Origin: Octopus sinensis
Taxonomy: Eukaryota
Direction: 5' to 3'
Length of the DNA stretch: 64,000 bases
Assembly (NCBI RefSeq): GCF_006345805.1
Contig: NC_043007.1
Location: 65,100,001 to 65,164,000 of the forward strand
Below, one piece after another: positions 27,332 to 41,314 of this stretch. A program made the translations under genes and the position numbers. Positions within the stretch are counted from its first letter, which is position 1. Every line of letters starts with the position of its first letter. The notes beneath the pieces are model-generated. The model worked only from the letters and a program-made list of their open reading frames with translations, searched no databases and was not told where the DNA came from.

Positions 27332-27404
<73 letters not shown>
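27143..27404. repeat. (ATT)n/(ATC)n microsatellite 5' of SINE A
   Basis: Direct reading. Confidence 0.95.
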
Positions 27405-27800
27405 GGCGGCGAGCTGGCAGAAACGATAGCACGTCGGGCGAAATGCGTAGCCGTATTTCGTCTGCCGTTACATTCTGAGTTCAAATTCCGCCGAGGTCGA
27501 CTTTGCCTTTCATCCTTTCGGGGTCGATAAATTAAGTACCAGTTACTCACTGGGGTCGATGTAATTGACTTAATCCGTTTGTCTGTCCTTGTTTGTCGTC
27601 TCTGTGTTTAGCCCCTTGTGGGTAGTAAATAAATAGGTATTTCGCCCGTCGCTCCGATCTGAGTTCAAATTCCGTCGAGGTTGACTTTGTCTTTCATCAT
27701 TTCGGGGTCGATAAAATAAGTACCAGTTGAACACTGGAGTCAATGCAATCGACTCATCCCCTCCTCCAAAATGGCTGCCCTTGTGGCAAAATTTGAAACT
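27405..27800 (+). mobile_element. SINE family A, dimeric
   Basis: Near-identical to 8098-8500. Confidence 0.85.
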
Positions 27801-27824
27801 ATTATTCTTTTTCTTATCATTATT

Positions 27825-28333
27825 GAGAGAAAAGTGCATGCCATCATAGTGACACTGGAATAAAATATACGAAGCCCAGTATACCCAACATGACTACCCA
27901 TCTGATAAAGGTACACAAGGCACACGCATTACAACCATATATGCACAGCATGGTGATCTCAAATCAATATAATCAGCACATGACCTTGCAGGTAGGGCCC
28001 AATTAGAATTTTCTTCAGGTCAAGTAGCCCATCTCCCTCAAAAGAATAAGACTTGTTTTGAGGATGTTGAATGAAACACCCATGTTTCCAAAGGTGATTT
28101 TTCAAACCCCACAAAATTCATCTCGGCATAGGACTATGATGCTCCCCAACTACTTCTGCTCGTGAAAAGAGATGCACAAATCGTCTGAAGCAATTGACAA
28201 GCAAAATATGTGGTATTGAACAGAATATTTGCTGTAACCCATCTTTTATACCAAGACAAAACAATGTACATAACATTTCCAATCAGTTAAGATTAGAAGC
28301 CATGGGAGCCACTGTCTGGTACTGCATCAGGGA

Positions 28334-28337
<4 letters not shown>
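27825..28337 (-). mobile_element. Unclassified non-coding interspersed element (family B), apparently TAA-tailed
   Basis: End segment homologous to 59441-59518, which abuts a long (ATT)n tract; no ORF. Confidence 0.55.
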
Positions 28338-28387
<50 letters not shown>

Positions 28388-28397
28388 CATCATCATC

Positions 28398-28428
<31 letters not shown>

Positions 28429-28440
28429 CCATCATCATCA

Positions 28441-28476
<36 letters not shown>

Positions 28477-28565
28477 GGCGGCGACCTGGCGAAATGCTCA
28501 GCGCCATTTCATCCGCCTTTACGTTCTGAGTTTAGATTCCTCTGAGGTCGACTTTGTCTTTCATC
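28477..28565 (+). mobile_element. SINE A, 3'-truncated
   Basis: ggcggcgacctggcgaaatg...gtcgactttgtctttcatc after (ATT/ATC)n. Confidence 0.8.
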
Positions 28566-30073
28566 TCATTGTTGTAACAAAATGTGGATCCCTAAGGAGT
28601 CTTCTTCTTATTTGAGGCCCATAAAATATTCCTGCCTGCTTCTCGTCACTGAGACTTGGAAATATGGTACACATATATCTGAAGTAGTCTCCACTGTGAT
28701 CAAGTTTTATGCGCAGTGGAAGGAAGACGATGTGTTTCCTATCAACCAGAGGTACAGTGATGATCCTTTTGTCACCCAGCGTTAAATTGTTTCTTGGGAG
28801 CTATCCTTTTTTCACCAAGTGATCCTTTGTAGCTCTACTGTCTCAGAAGCACAGGAAACAAGAGTACTTAGTGTAACCTCCTTGCTGGCCCAGTAGAAGA
28901 TTTACCATTTCCACATCGATATATAATACCCATCCATGAACATCATATTATGACCTCTCTAGAACAATCTTGATGTTTGCATATTCATCCTTTATTTTTA
29001 TAGTGTGACCTATTGGGATTGAGCCATACATATTCCCATTGTGAAGTAAAAATATTTTAAGCCACTTTTAGAGCTGTCAATAAAAAATCTCTAGTCATGT
29101 GAATCATATGTCAGCAGTCTCATATTGAGAAGAAGCCCTTCAACATCATTACAATGAACAAGCTAACCATCTGAATGGAAATGCTTCCACACAAGTGCCG
29201 TGTTTCAGCAGTCTTTTCTCTTGCAACCTGGAAGCCAATATTCAGTAGACTGCTTTAGCAAATACAAATTCCAGATCAGATCATTCAACTCAGGCTGATT
29301 AAACAGAAAAATATCATAGTCTGTATCAGATGGTATAAAGTGTTCCTCTTCATCAGTAGTGGGTGAATTGAAGGCTTCATCACCAATCTGTGACATCTCA
29401 ATAAATACAGGCACAGGTATTTCCTCGGAGTGTGCAACTGGTTAAGGGGCAGCTGGGATATCTGAGTATTGCAAGTGTCGTTTGTCTTCGTATTGGACTT
29501 TTTACATTAATGAAGCAGAAGTAGCAATTATTCACATGGTTTGTTGATTCTCTCCAAACCATTGGCACAGCAAACTTGAGCTTCGCGTTCTTTCCTTGAG
29601 ACCACGATCGCAAAGATTCAACACGAATTTTGCAAACTTTGTGGGGAGTCCAGGTTTTGTCCTGGTCTCTAATTGTTACTTTAAAGTAAACAAGATACAC
29701 CTTCTTGCCAAAGTTATTAATGTTATGCCTTTTAACCCGTGAAGTGAAGTTTCCACAGATGTAACAGAAGATATCGGTGTCATTGCAGCACTTCCTTCTT
29801 TTTGATGTTGTATTCATATCTCGATCACAATGTTTCAGTTCACACATGAAAAAAGAGGAAGGTTTTTTTAAGTAAAACTCAGCTTGAGCGTATTATTCAA
29901 AATTAGCATGACAATCCATCTAATATGACAATTCCCGCAAATAGTGGTGTAAAGTTATACCGACTGCACGAAAATGTACGGTCATGTTTGGAATCAGCAC
30001 CCCAAAATTAGTCTAAAACAACTCTAAGATTTTATGTCAGAGACTAAAATATTATTTATTTTGTTGACCAGTG
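28566..30073 (-). mobile_element. Chapaev3-type (CMC superfamily) DNA transposon, decayed, 5' end retained
   Basis: Minus-strand CCNDTDIFCYICG...DQDKTWTPHKVC...VPMVWRESTNHVNNCYFC; FNQPELNDL; LLHNGNMYGSIPIGH...LLGQQGGYTKYSCFLC...GPQIR; terminus CACTG at 30073-30069. Confidence 0.85.
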
Positions 30074-31758
30074 TAATTATACCACTACCCGCCATAGAAA
30101 TATCAATGATTGCTGCAAACCCTCTATAAAAGAAAACAAAGACAATCAAAATGCGTAAAGGAAGTATGGTTGTTGTAAAATGTATAGGTACCGCAAACTG
30201 ACACAAAACAACTAGCAACACTTCAAATAACTCAGCACCACTTCAAAAGTAGCAAGCAACTGGAAGTGTCATGGTTTAGTAAAGTCTTAATTTCTGAAAC
30301 ACCTGACCAGTACCCGTGAATTTGCGGCAACCGTATTCAAGGAACTTATAAAGGAATCAGAGTCAAGGTCTAATTAGCTTCTGTATGGGAAAACAATATT
30401 GGTTTCCCCAAGCAAAATACCGTAAATTCTCAAAACTACAGAACTCTAACTTGTTTGCCGGTAACAGTGATCTGCCACGAGTGGGTTGCTCACACAGAAG
30501 GAGGGGATATATTACCAAAGGGGCAGAAAGGGTATTGAGCAGTGATGTACTTTAGTATTTTGCAGCTGCCGGGCCTTTATACTAATAGCAAAAGGAGACA
30601 AGCAAAACTTAACCGAGCACGAATTGAGCTTTTGATAGCACACCATCCCTTTGGACACTGAATACATGGCATATAAATAAAGCAGTTTCAAAACTAATAC
30701 GGCACATCAACCACGAATATTAAAATAGAAAGCAGCTATTTTACTAAATGGCAAAAAGATGGCTAACATTAACCATAAGCCACTAAAAAGAGGGACCTCT
30801 TAACTGAGATTCGGGGATTCGTTAAGCATTCTACGCGTTTGCTTAGTTACCACCACCACCACCACCACAAACATCATCATCAGCATCATCAGAATCATCA
30901 ATAAAAGGGCTGCATCAACAATAGCGGATTATAGTGAGTCATTGAATGTAAAATAAAAAATGAAAAGCAAAAGAAGAAAAGAAAAAAAACGTGTTTGGTT
31001 AGTTGATTAATATTATAGAGCACGTCTGAGAGAAGAAGTTAGAAGAAAGAGGGGTTGCTAATCTGAACGAGGACAGACAAAGAGAATGAGAGGGAGATAT
31101 AAGAGAAAAGGAAAAGAAGAACGAGAGAGAGAGAGAAATAGAAAGCGGGAGAGAGAGAGAGAGAAAATATGAACTAAAGAGGCGAGACTAAGGAGAGAAG
31201 GAAAAAAATAGTGAGACAGGAAAATATATAGTTGTAGCTATGTGCGTATGTGTATGTGCGTATGTGCGTGCGTGTGTATGTATGCGTGTGTGTGTGTGTT
31301 TATAACGATGTTTGAAAAGGTATGAATATGTTTCGAGTGGTGGCGGTGGAGGTACTGGTACAGAGCAAAGCGGTAGAGGTAAAGACAATGAGAGGAAGGG
31401 CGAGGAGGTGCTACAGAGATCGAAAGAGATGTTAATGTTATGACATGCATATTTTGCAGTAAATATTGATTAATACGCAACAACATCAATGATTATCCAC
31501 AAGTTCAAATATATATAAGCATATGCATATATGTATGGTTGTAAGCGTGTATGTCTTTATATAAGTGTACAAATGTGCGTGTGTATGTGTGCGTCTGTGT
31601 ATGTATCAAGAGCTATCAAGTACACTCAGGTACATGGACGCACACACACATTCGCACACATACACGTAAACATACACATGTATGTATGTGTGAGAGCATA
31701 TGCCTGTGTGTATGCGAGTATGTTAGGAAGCATGCTGAATTAAATAGGTGTGTGTATG

Positions 31759-31793
<35 letters not shown>

Positions 31794-32251
31794 TGGAACA
31801 TGCAGGAAAAATTTTTGTCTCATATATATATATATATAAATCTGCCTGCCTCTTTCTGTATGTGTGTGTATATATATACATATATATATATATATAATTT
31901 CATTAAATGAAACGGCAGAAGTTACAAACCGGGAGTTTCGTACATGATACAGCAAACGGATTTATTTATGCAAATTACCTCGTCCATAAATGTGTTCTAC
32001 TCTTTTCGTAAATGTTTATGACCCTTAGCTCCTGGAGATAAGGTTAGACAATTATGCTGAAGACGCTTATCATGGCAGAAATAGGTGTACACGGTTTTCT
32101 CCAGGCAATAAATCTCTCCTTTGCATTAATAGCATGTTTAAGTTTTCGGAATTCCTAAGTCATGAAATTACAAATTATGAAACATCTTCTAAAGGCGAAA
32201 TTATCTTAATAAATTATTGGTATAAATGTATTTGATGTACTTGTATTTCTT

Positions 32252-32361
<110 letters not shown>

Positions 32362-33118
32362 TACACACAGACAGACATATATGCATATACACACGTTCGC
32401 ACATATGCCAATATATACATATAAACATATTTATAAAGAAATATAAAAGCAAAAGAAAAACATTTCTAGCCAATATACTGAGAAATAGACTTTAAATCGT
32501 CAATCATCACATACAATATACATCACTATAAATACATATCGTGTTGACTCGAAAAAAGCAGGATAACAGAATTTTTTTAAAAATCTCTGTATCGAACAAT
32601 ATCAGTATTAATCCAACGGATTTTCCCACTCATCAGCAGAGAATATGGTAAGAAATAAATGAAATACTTACAAGCACCCATGGACAAAAGCAGAAGCAAG
32701 GTATTTTAATATGCTGGCCACTTGATGAATTTTTTTTTTTTCAAAAAATTTATCCTATATTAGAAGCAAATATATTCATATGTATATATTTCGAGCCTGC
32801 GAGAGAACGCGAAATAAGTATTTGTAGGAATAGAGAACGCTAAGCAGATAAAGTTATGAATTATTATTCATGCGTACATACACTCGTGCACACACACAAT
32901 CATGTATATACATACATATATACATATATATACATACATATACACATATATATGCATGTATAAATATACATATATGTATACACATGTATTTATACATACA
33001 CATATATATGCAAATATATAAATGTGTGTGTATGTGCATGTGTGTGTATATATGTATGCATGTATGTACATGTGAATGCATATATATATATATATATATA
33101 TATATGCATTCACATGTA

Positions 33119-33488
33119 CTGAGACAGTAGAGCTACAAAGGATCACTTGGTGAAAAAAGGATAGCTCCCAAGAAACAATTTAACGCTGGGTGACAAAAAG
33201 ATCATCACTGTACCTCTGGTTGATAGGAAACACATTGTCTTCCTTCCACTGCGCATAAAACTTGATCACAGTGGAGATTACTTCAGATATATGTGTACCA
33301 TATTTCCAAGTCTCAGTGACGAGAAGCAGGCAGGAATATTTTATGGGCCTCAAATAAGAAGAAGACTCCTTAGGGATCCACATTTTGTTACAACAATGAG
33401 ATGAAAGACAAAGTCGACCTCAGAGGAATCTAAACTCAGAACGTAAAGGCGGATGAAATGGCGCTGAGCATTTCGCCAGGTCGCCGCC

Positions 33489-33557
<69 letters not shown>

Positions 33558-33590
33558 ATGATGATGGTGATGATGATGATGATGATGATG

Positions 33591-33647
<57 letters not shown>

Positions 33648-33651
33648 TCCC
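33119..33651. repeat. Inverted segmental duplicate of 28330-28846 (Chapaev3 piece + truncated SINE A + microsatellite)
   Basis: Reverse complement with three substitutions seen outside the microsatellite; shares the SINE/Chapaev junction. Confidence 0.92.
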
Positions 33652-33984
33652 GCGAAGCACCAAAACTCTATCTAGAGTGAACTTCTGCAAAGCTGAGTAG
33701 AAATTTTATCAAGAGGAGAACGTGAAAGAAAATTGGCTTAAAATTCTTTCTATACAAGACGTTGACATGAAACTCAAATAACTGATGTTAATAGAGAGAG
33801 CCGTATGTATTTACAAACAAAAACATTGTTTCCCCAGACAGAAGAGTCCTTATGACATAATGTATAAACGTTACAAGTTGTTTAAGTCCCATGACAAGCG
33901 CTACTTTTTGATATCGAAAATGAACTTATCCTCGCCCCCACCAAAATAAAATAAAAGAAAGGGGGGAAAGAGGATAGGATAGTT

Positions 33985-34285
33985 GAAAATATAGTAGCGA
34001 GACCTAAAATCTTCTACAAATTTGCAAAAGAATCTACACCCGTGAGCTATACTATAGGAATAATGTTTTTAAAAAATGGTTCGCTAACTGCAGAGTGTAT
34101 GCGGTGAAGTGAAATGTTAAACGATTCCGAATTGTTTTCACTTTATCTCCTGGGGGTTCCGCAAATAAGTAAGCTGGTGACTTCTTCAACACCACAAATA
34201 TACACAAAGATGAGGCAACCATCGATTACATCGACATAAAAGAAGCTGATGTAAGACCGGTCAGATAAACTTGAAATGCAGAACA
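33985..34285 (+). mobile_element. CR1-like LINE ORF2 fragment (APE-RT linker), decayed
   Basis: IVENIVARPKIFYKFAK...SEMLN...TIDYIDIKEADV, similar to the start of 38862 element. Confidence 0.55.
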
Positions 34286-34293
34286 TATACGAG

Positions 34294-34345
<52 letters not shown>

Positions 34346-35019
34346 TTTCCTTCAGCCTTTAGAAGTCATAACTTAGCAGTCTTGTGAAAGGAACAGTAAT
34401 GTGGCAAATACCTTATCATATAGCATGAAATGATACCCACCTCATTGCGGATTAACCATGGATAAATTCATCGTCTGTGAGTATGAAATTCCTCCTCATA
34501 TCTCTGGAAATTTACATCTACACTACGGATTAATTCACCTTCTCTGTGAAGCTAATAAGCTTTTTTTAAAAACCTGTGATAAGACTGTACATCATCATTA
34601 AGGAACTTCTGAAATCTGTTTACAACCTAAATCTGCTTTTAATGAAATTATCTCCAATACTTCATGAGTATAGCCTCACCCACTAAGATGTTTGGAGAAC
34701 TCATATGTATTTTAGCTGATGAGTACGGGACACTTTTATCTGCTGCAATTTTTGCAACTTTTAATAAAGCCTGTCTTTGTATGAAACAATTGTACTAAAA
34801 ACTAATCCATTCTTGTTGCTTCTTTCTCGTTTATAATCACCCCACATTACTGTATGGTTAACACGATATAGTTTTCTGGTGCATCTAAGTTAAGTACCAC
34901 ATTCAAGTAAATTCATTGGAATTGACTTGAATCTTAATTGCTTTTATATATTTAAATATATATGTATATAGAATTTCGTTGGAAGCAGTTGTAGTGAATG
35001 AACCATTATCATCTGTTAC

Positions 35020-35080
<61 letters not shown>

Positions 35081-35291
35081 AATGTACACAAATGCATAAA
35101 AATGATTTTTAATACCATTTAAATTGGGGGTTTTCTAATTTATATATATATGTATATATGTATGTATGTATATATATATATATATGTATATATATATTAT
35201 ATTTTGTGAAATTTGATTTAGTATTTCTAAATTGAATTTTTCCCTGTAAGTTTGGAATAATATTAACTCAGTTTGGAATAATATTATCTCA

Positions 35292-35357
35292 GGTGGTGCT
35301 ATTAAGTTAGACATGGCCTGGGCCAATAATGGCCGAAACCTATCAAAGTATCAAAGT
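35292..35357 (+). mobile_element. Extremely 5'-truncated copy of the CR1-like LINE 3' end
   Basis: ggtggtgctattaagttagacatggc...ccaataatggccgaaacctatcaaagtatcaaagt matches 40711-40776. Confidence 0.85.
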
Positions 35358-35739
35358 ATATATGTGTGTGTGTGTCTGTGTGTGTGTGTAATGAATATAC
35401 AAGTATGTATTTATACGTGTGTATATTTATAGATGTATTAATGTATAAATATATTCAATATTCTTCACACACATACGAATACTTGTACACATATAAATCC
35501 CTCCAATGTAATGCATATCACTATGTTATACATGTAACTATGTGTATTCACACATATTTACATTCATACTTTGACACTACCAAACTGGGAAGGTTTCATT
35601 ATCTGTCTGTCTCTACGCATCATTGCATATATGTGTATATCTTGAGTATATCTGATGTTTGTGTACTATGAAACTGTGTGTGTTAGCGTGTCTATTTTAT
35701 TATATAAAAACAAAACCCAAACAAACGTTTGAAGGCAAC

Positions 35740-36360
35740 GGAATTTAAATGTGAATGCTTATTAGAATGCAACTTTCAATTTGAGTGGTTGTAAATGTGA
35801 ATGCATTAGTGAATTTGTCGATATGTATATGAGTAATACGATTGCTGATTTGATTGTTAAAATGCATGTTGCTCTGAATATTGATGTGAATGTAAAACTG
35901 AACATCAATGTGGATGTCAAGAATAAAATGAATGTGAACGTCAATGGACGTGAATACAGATACGAATTTGAACACACGTGTGAATTTGAAAGTTAATGTG
36001 AATACGAATACAGATGTGACTATGAACATGAATATTCATGTGTGAATATGAATGTTAATATAGATATGTGATGCGCATAGATAAGTGAATGCCAATGCAA
36101 ATATGAAGATATATATTTGAATGTGAGTCTGGATTTGAATGTAGTTTTGAATGTAAATAATGTAGACCCGAATGTGAATAGAAACGTAAATGTAGATGTG
36201 ATCATCAACGTGAATGTGGATGTAGATTTGAATGTCAGTGTGACTGCAGATACAAATAGATGTATATGTAAATTTGAATGGGAATGGGAATGCAACTGTG
36301 AATGTAGAAGTGAAGGAAATATGAGTACTAATGCTGGCAAGAATGTGAATGATAATGATT
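35740..36360. repeat. Cryptic degenerate hexamer repeat (AATGTR-like)
   Basis: Recurrent aatgtg/aatgta/gatgtg in 6-nt register; translates to NV-rich pseudo-ORFs. Confidence 0.7.
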
Positions 36361-36409
36361 TCTACTTAAGCAAAAGACATGAAATTTTGGAAGAAGGCTT
36401 GTCGATTAC

Positions 36410-36560
36410 GTCGATGAAATTGCTCAACTCGTACTTATATCCTCGACCCCCCAAAAGGATGAAGGACAAAGTCGACCACGGTAGATTTTGAACTCAGAAA
36501 GTAAAAACGAACGGAGTGCCGCTAAGCATTTTGTGCAGCGTGATAATGTTTCTGTCAGTT
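36410..36560 (-). mobile_element. Degenerate SINE A fragment
   Basis: ggatgaaggacaaagtcgacc...tttgaactcagaaagtaaa...gctaagcattttg. Confidence 0.65.
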
Positions 36561-37328
36561 CACCGCTTTGAGAACGTGAATGATAATGTTGGAAGAAATG
36601 TGAACCCGTATATTAGTATGAATGTAAATGTTGAAGTTATTGTAGGAATCATTATGGAGGGTAATGCTGATGTCGAAGGAATTGATGAAACTAGAGATCT
36701 TTCTTAATGGAAATGAAACGAGTGTGTGTGTGTGTGTGTGTGTATGTGTGTGTGTGTGCGTGTGTGCGTGTGTGGATGTAACTGAGTATTTAGGTGTATT
36801 TGTCGATGTGACCCTGTGTATTAGTATGGCTTAAAGTTAGGGCGATAGTACTGATGATGATAACTGTGGTGAAATAATAGAAATAGTACTTTTGAACTTG
36901 GTTGAAAGGTGATGGTGATATTTCATGCGATGGTGATGGCGACGAGGATCTTAGAAACGAAGGTGACGTTGATGTTGATGACAGAGTTTCTTGCTACTGC
37001 TGCCTATGATAATGATGACGAGGACGATGGTAATAATAATAGTCATGATATATAGATATATGTGGTGTTGATGGCGACAAAGATTGTGTTACTGTTGATG
37101 TAGTTAGTTGATGACGATGACGTAGCGAGAGAAAGAAAAATAAAGCCTATTGATAAAAAGAGAAAAAAAGGGAGGCGAAAGGAAAGTGCGTAGAAGTTGG
37201 AAAACTGGATTTAAATTCAAATGATGGCGATAATGAGGTGGGGGATCAGTAGAGAATATAGAGAACATGGGGTGAAAGAGAGGAGTATATTTATCAGACA
37301 AACGAGAGAAATGAATGGAAAGTTAAAG

Positions 37329-37380
<52 letters not shown>

Positions 37381-37394
37381 TATCTTTATGTACA

Positions 37395-37507
<113 letters not shown>

Positions 37508-37526
37508 CTATCTCTCTCTCTCTCTC

Positions 37527-37608
<82 letters not shown>

Positions 37609-37710
37609 CATATACATGTGTGTGTGAGAGAGAGAAAGGGAGAGTTGGAGAGAGCGAAAAATGTATACAGTAAAGGAAAGCGAGAGTGAGAGGAAGAGCA
37701 GCGAGAGAGT

Positions 37711-37784
<74 letters not shown>

Positions 37785-37899
37785 AAGGATACTGTTGTTG
37801 ATTGGTTTTCCTGATTGATCTCCTTCGAACTATCATTAGATGGAAGTAGAATGATTGAAACGATCGCTATGGCAACAAACTTTATAGATCTTGTTTTAT

Positions 37900-37977
37900 A
37901 TGGGCGACAGTGATGGTGTTGACAGTAGGGATGGAGATGTGCCATTGCCGTCGTCGTCGTCGTCGGATGCTCTTGGA

Positions 37978-38010
<33 letters not shown>

Positions 38011-38301
38011 ATTGACGTGGATGGCAGTAGTGCTGGTGGTGGTGGTGGGAGTTAAAGTAGGAAAGGAAGCGGTAGTAGCGGTAGTGGTGATAATACAGGT
38101 GATAACGGTGATGCTTGTTGTAACAGTGATATTAGTGGCGGTTGTCATTAAGCTCGTGCAACTGGTAACACTCGCAATAGTGATGGTGCGATTGGTGGTG
38201 AGAATTATAGTAATCGTAGCTGGGGTGATGCTGTTAGTAGTAGTGGTGATGATGCTGATAATTGCAGTATTAGAGATGGCAGAGGAGATATTGCGGTAGT
38301 G

Positions 38302-38334
<33 letters not shown>

Positions 38335-38365
38335 GTTATGGTGGTGGTGGTGGTGGTGGTTGTGA
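37900..38365. repeat. Cryptic trinucleotide low-complexity region (GAT/GGT/GTA/GTT)
   Basis: Direct reading; explains M/V-rich ORFs. Confidence 0.8.
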
Positions 38366-38784
38366 TAGATATAGTTGAATCAGGGATGTGACTTGTGGAT
38401 ACATGTAAGCTTATAGCCAGAGTAACTTCAGATAACCGGTTTCGGAGTACAACCCACCACACACACAGGGGCGTGTGCGTGTGTGCGCGTAAATATATGT
38501 GTTTATGTGCGTATGTAAGAGTGTGTGTACATTTATATGCATATATATATCCCTCACCTTCTCTCTCTCTCTCTCTCTCGCTCTCTCGCTCTCTCTCTCA
38601 CTCTCTGTCATTTGCATATTATTCATAGATATATGTGTCTATGTATGTATATTTGTGTGTGTATTTGCGTGTGTGCAGATACATATACATATCTATATTT
38701 ACATACCTTCAAATATTTATATATAGATTTGTGTATATATAAACTTATATTTCTATATATCAATCAATCAATCTATCATCTATC

Positions 38785-38836
<52 letters not shown>

Positions 38837-38861
38837 GTGTGTCTGTCTGTCTATCTATGAT

Positions 38862-40784
38862 CAGTTGAGGAGAAGTGGGCCATTGAAAAAATCAAACTCA
38901 ACCCCAAAGTGTTCTTTTCATTTGTGAGGAAACACAGGGTCACTGTCTCCACGGTTGGCCCGCTAATTGATGAAAATGGCACTCTCCAAGATAATGCTAA
39001 ATCCATGAGCGAGATACTGCAGAAACAATACTGCTCTGTTTTCAGCAATCCTGATACGGCCGATCTGGGCTGTATCAGCGATGTCAACCCCCAACACACT
39101 ATATCGGACATAACGTTTGGTGCCCCTGATGTCTTAACGGCGATAAACGAAATAAAACGCAATTCAGCTGTAGGCCCCGATAGGTTCCCTGCTTGTGTCC
39201 TGAAGGTGTGTCGACGCCAACTTGCATCTTCCCTTGCTAATCTATGGAGAAACTGGCTATATTCCTAAAAACTTTCTGTCCCAGTCTGTTGTCCCAGTTT
39301 TCAAAAAGGGAAACAAATCCCTTGCAGTGAACTATCGTCCGATCTCACTCACCTCTCATATTATCAAGGTATTTGAGAGGGTGTTGAGATCTCGAATAAC
39401 CCAATTTCTGTAAAGCAACAGACGGCTGATCTCTAACCAACATGGGTTCCGTAATGGAAGGGACTGCCTAACGCAGCTCCTGCTCACTTTGATGACATTT
39501 TGAGAGCTTTGGGAGAGGGCTCCAACACCGATGTCATCCACCTTGATTTCAGCAAGGCCTTCGACAGGGTCGATCACAAGATCCTATTGAAAAAACTATC
39601 CAACATTGGTGTCTCTGGAAAGTTACTGAAATGGATCAAGTGTTTCCTGACAGACAGATCTGAACATGGTGTAGTTGAAGAAGTAAAATCAAGCCCAGCC
39701 AAAGTCATTAGTGGCGTTCCGCAAGGCACTGTGCTGGGCCCACTTCTTTTCATCATCTACATTAATGACATTAATGACATCATCAAGCACAGCAACATAA
39801 AAATCTTTGCAGATGATTCCAAGCTCCAGAAGGTCATAAATGAGGCGAGTGATCGGACATGCCTTCAGTCAGATCTACTGGCTGTTATCCAATGGGCAGA
39901 AAAGAACAATATGCTGCTGAACGAGGATAAATTCGAGTTAATCCACTTTGGAAAAGAGGATGCCCTGAAACTCCCATACTCCCTTCCTTCAGGTGAAACT
40001 TTCGTGGCATCCAACAACATCAGAGACTTGGGAGTAATCGTGGACAACAACATAAGCTGGGCCACTCATATAAACACCAAAGTTGACATGGCCCGCAGAA
40101 TGTGTTCCTGGATTCTCAGAACTTTCCAGTCGAGAGATATCCACACCATTATCCTTCTCTTCTCCACTTTTGCCCGACCCCACCTTGAATGCTGTTGTCC
40201 ACTGTGGTCTCCCCACACAAAACAAAGTATCATAAAATTTGAAGCACCTCAAAGGTCAATCACAAAAAATATAGATGGCATGACCAGGCCTCGACTATTG
40301 GTGTCGACTAGAAAAGCTAAAACTTTATTCTCTCCAACGTCGCCGTGAGCGCTACATCATCTGCATGATGTGGAAAATATTCCATTAGCATTGCCCAAAT
40401 GATGTTGGCATCACCTTTAAGGTACATCCAAGGCTTGGCCCCGTGCCATCCGCCCACAGCAAAAATCGCACTCTCATCTCATAACAATAATACGGCACAA
40501 TTATTTCACCTCAATTGGCCCCGCTCTCTTTAACATTACACCAAAACACATTAAAACAGAAACAGACCCTATAGGGTTCAAGAAGTCTTTGGACAGATTC
40601 CTTCAAGAAATCCCGGATAAACCTCCTACACCCGGATATGTCTCTGTAAACAATAACTCTCTACTTGAGTGGGTCGTAGTACCCAAATTCTGACTTGAAA
40701 GACTTCACCGGGTGGTGCTATTAAGTTAGACATGGCTTGGACCAATAATGGCCGAAACCTATCAAAGTATCAAAGTATCAAAGT
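38862..40784 (+). mobile_element. CR1-like LINE, 5'-truncated, RT region with stops and frameshifts, (ATCAAAGT)n tail
   Basis: NPKVFFSFVR, NYRPISLTSHIIKVFER, DVIHLDFSKAFDRVDH, SGVPQGTVLGPLLF, IFADD, RDLGV, RPHLECCCPLWSP; tail at 40761-40784. Confidence 0.9.
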
Positions 40785-41271
40785 ATATATATATATATAT
40801 ACAGAGAGAGGGAGAGAGAGCTGTATGTCTGTGTGCACATATATATTTCTTTAATCTTTTGTTTCAGTTATTAAAGTGCGCCCATGCTGGAGCACCACCT
40901 TTTTAGTCGAGTAGATCGACCCAGCATATATGTGTATACACACACATACACACACATATCCCGAATGAAAGTGATATGCACGTTACACATTTACACGAGA
41001 TTTTTAAGTAATACATTACAAATTGACACAGTTTTGCTTTACCTAAAGTTTCGTTGGCGTAGACGCCTGTCTACGTGCTCAGATGTGAATCTACATATGA
41101 ATTTGAGCGCTCAATGTAATAGGGAATGTGAAAAGCGTGCATGTGTGTGTGTGTGTGTATCTGTATATTTATATAGATTCATGTATGCATAAAAGTATAC
41201 ATATACATACTCACTTACACTCACACACACATATATATGCACAAACCTTCATATATATACATATATATATA

Positions 41272-41314
<43 letters not shown>

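Noticed and set aside
30024-30221. Hydrophobic 65-aa ORF suggesting a membrane protein
   Set aside because: Runs into the Chapaev3 terminus and reflects T-rich composition.
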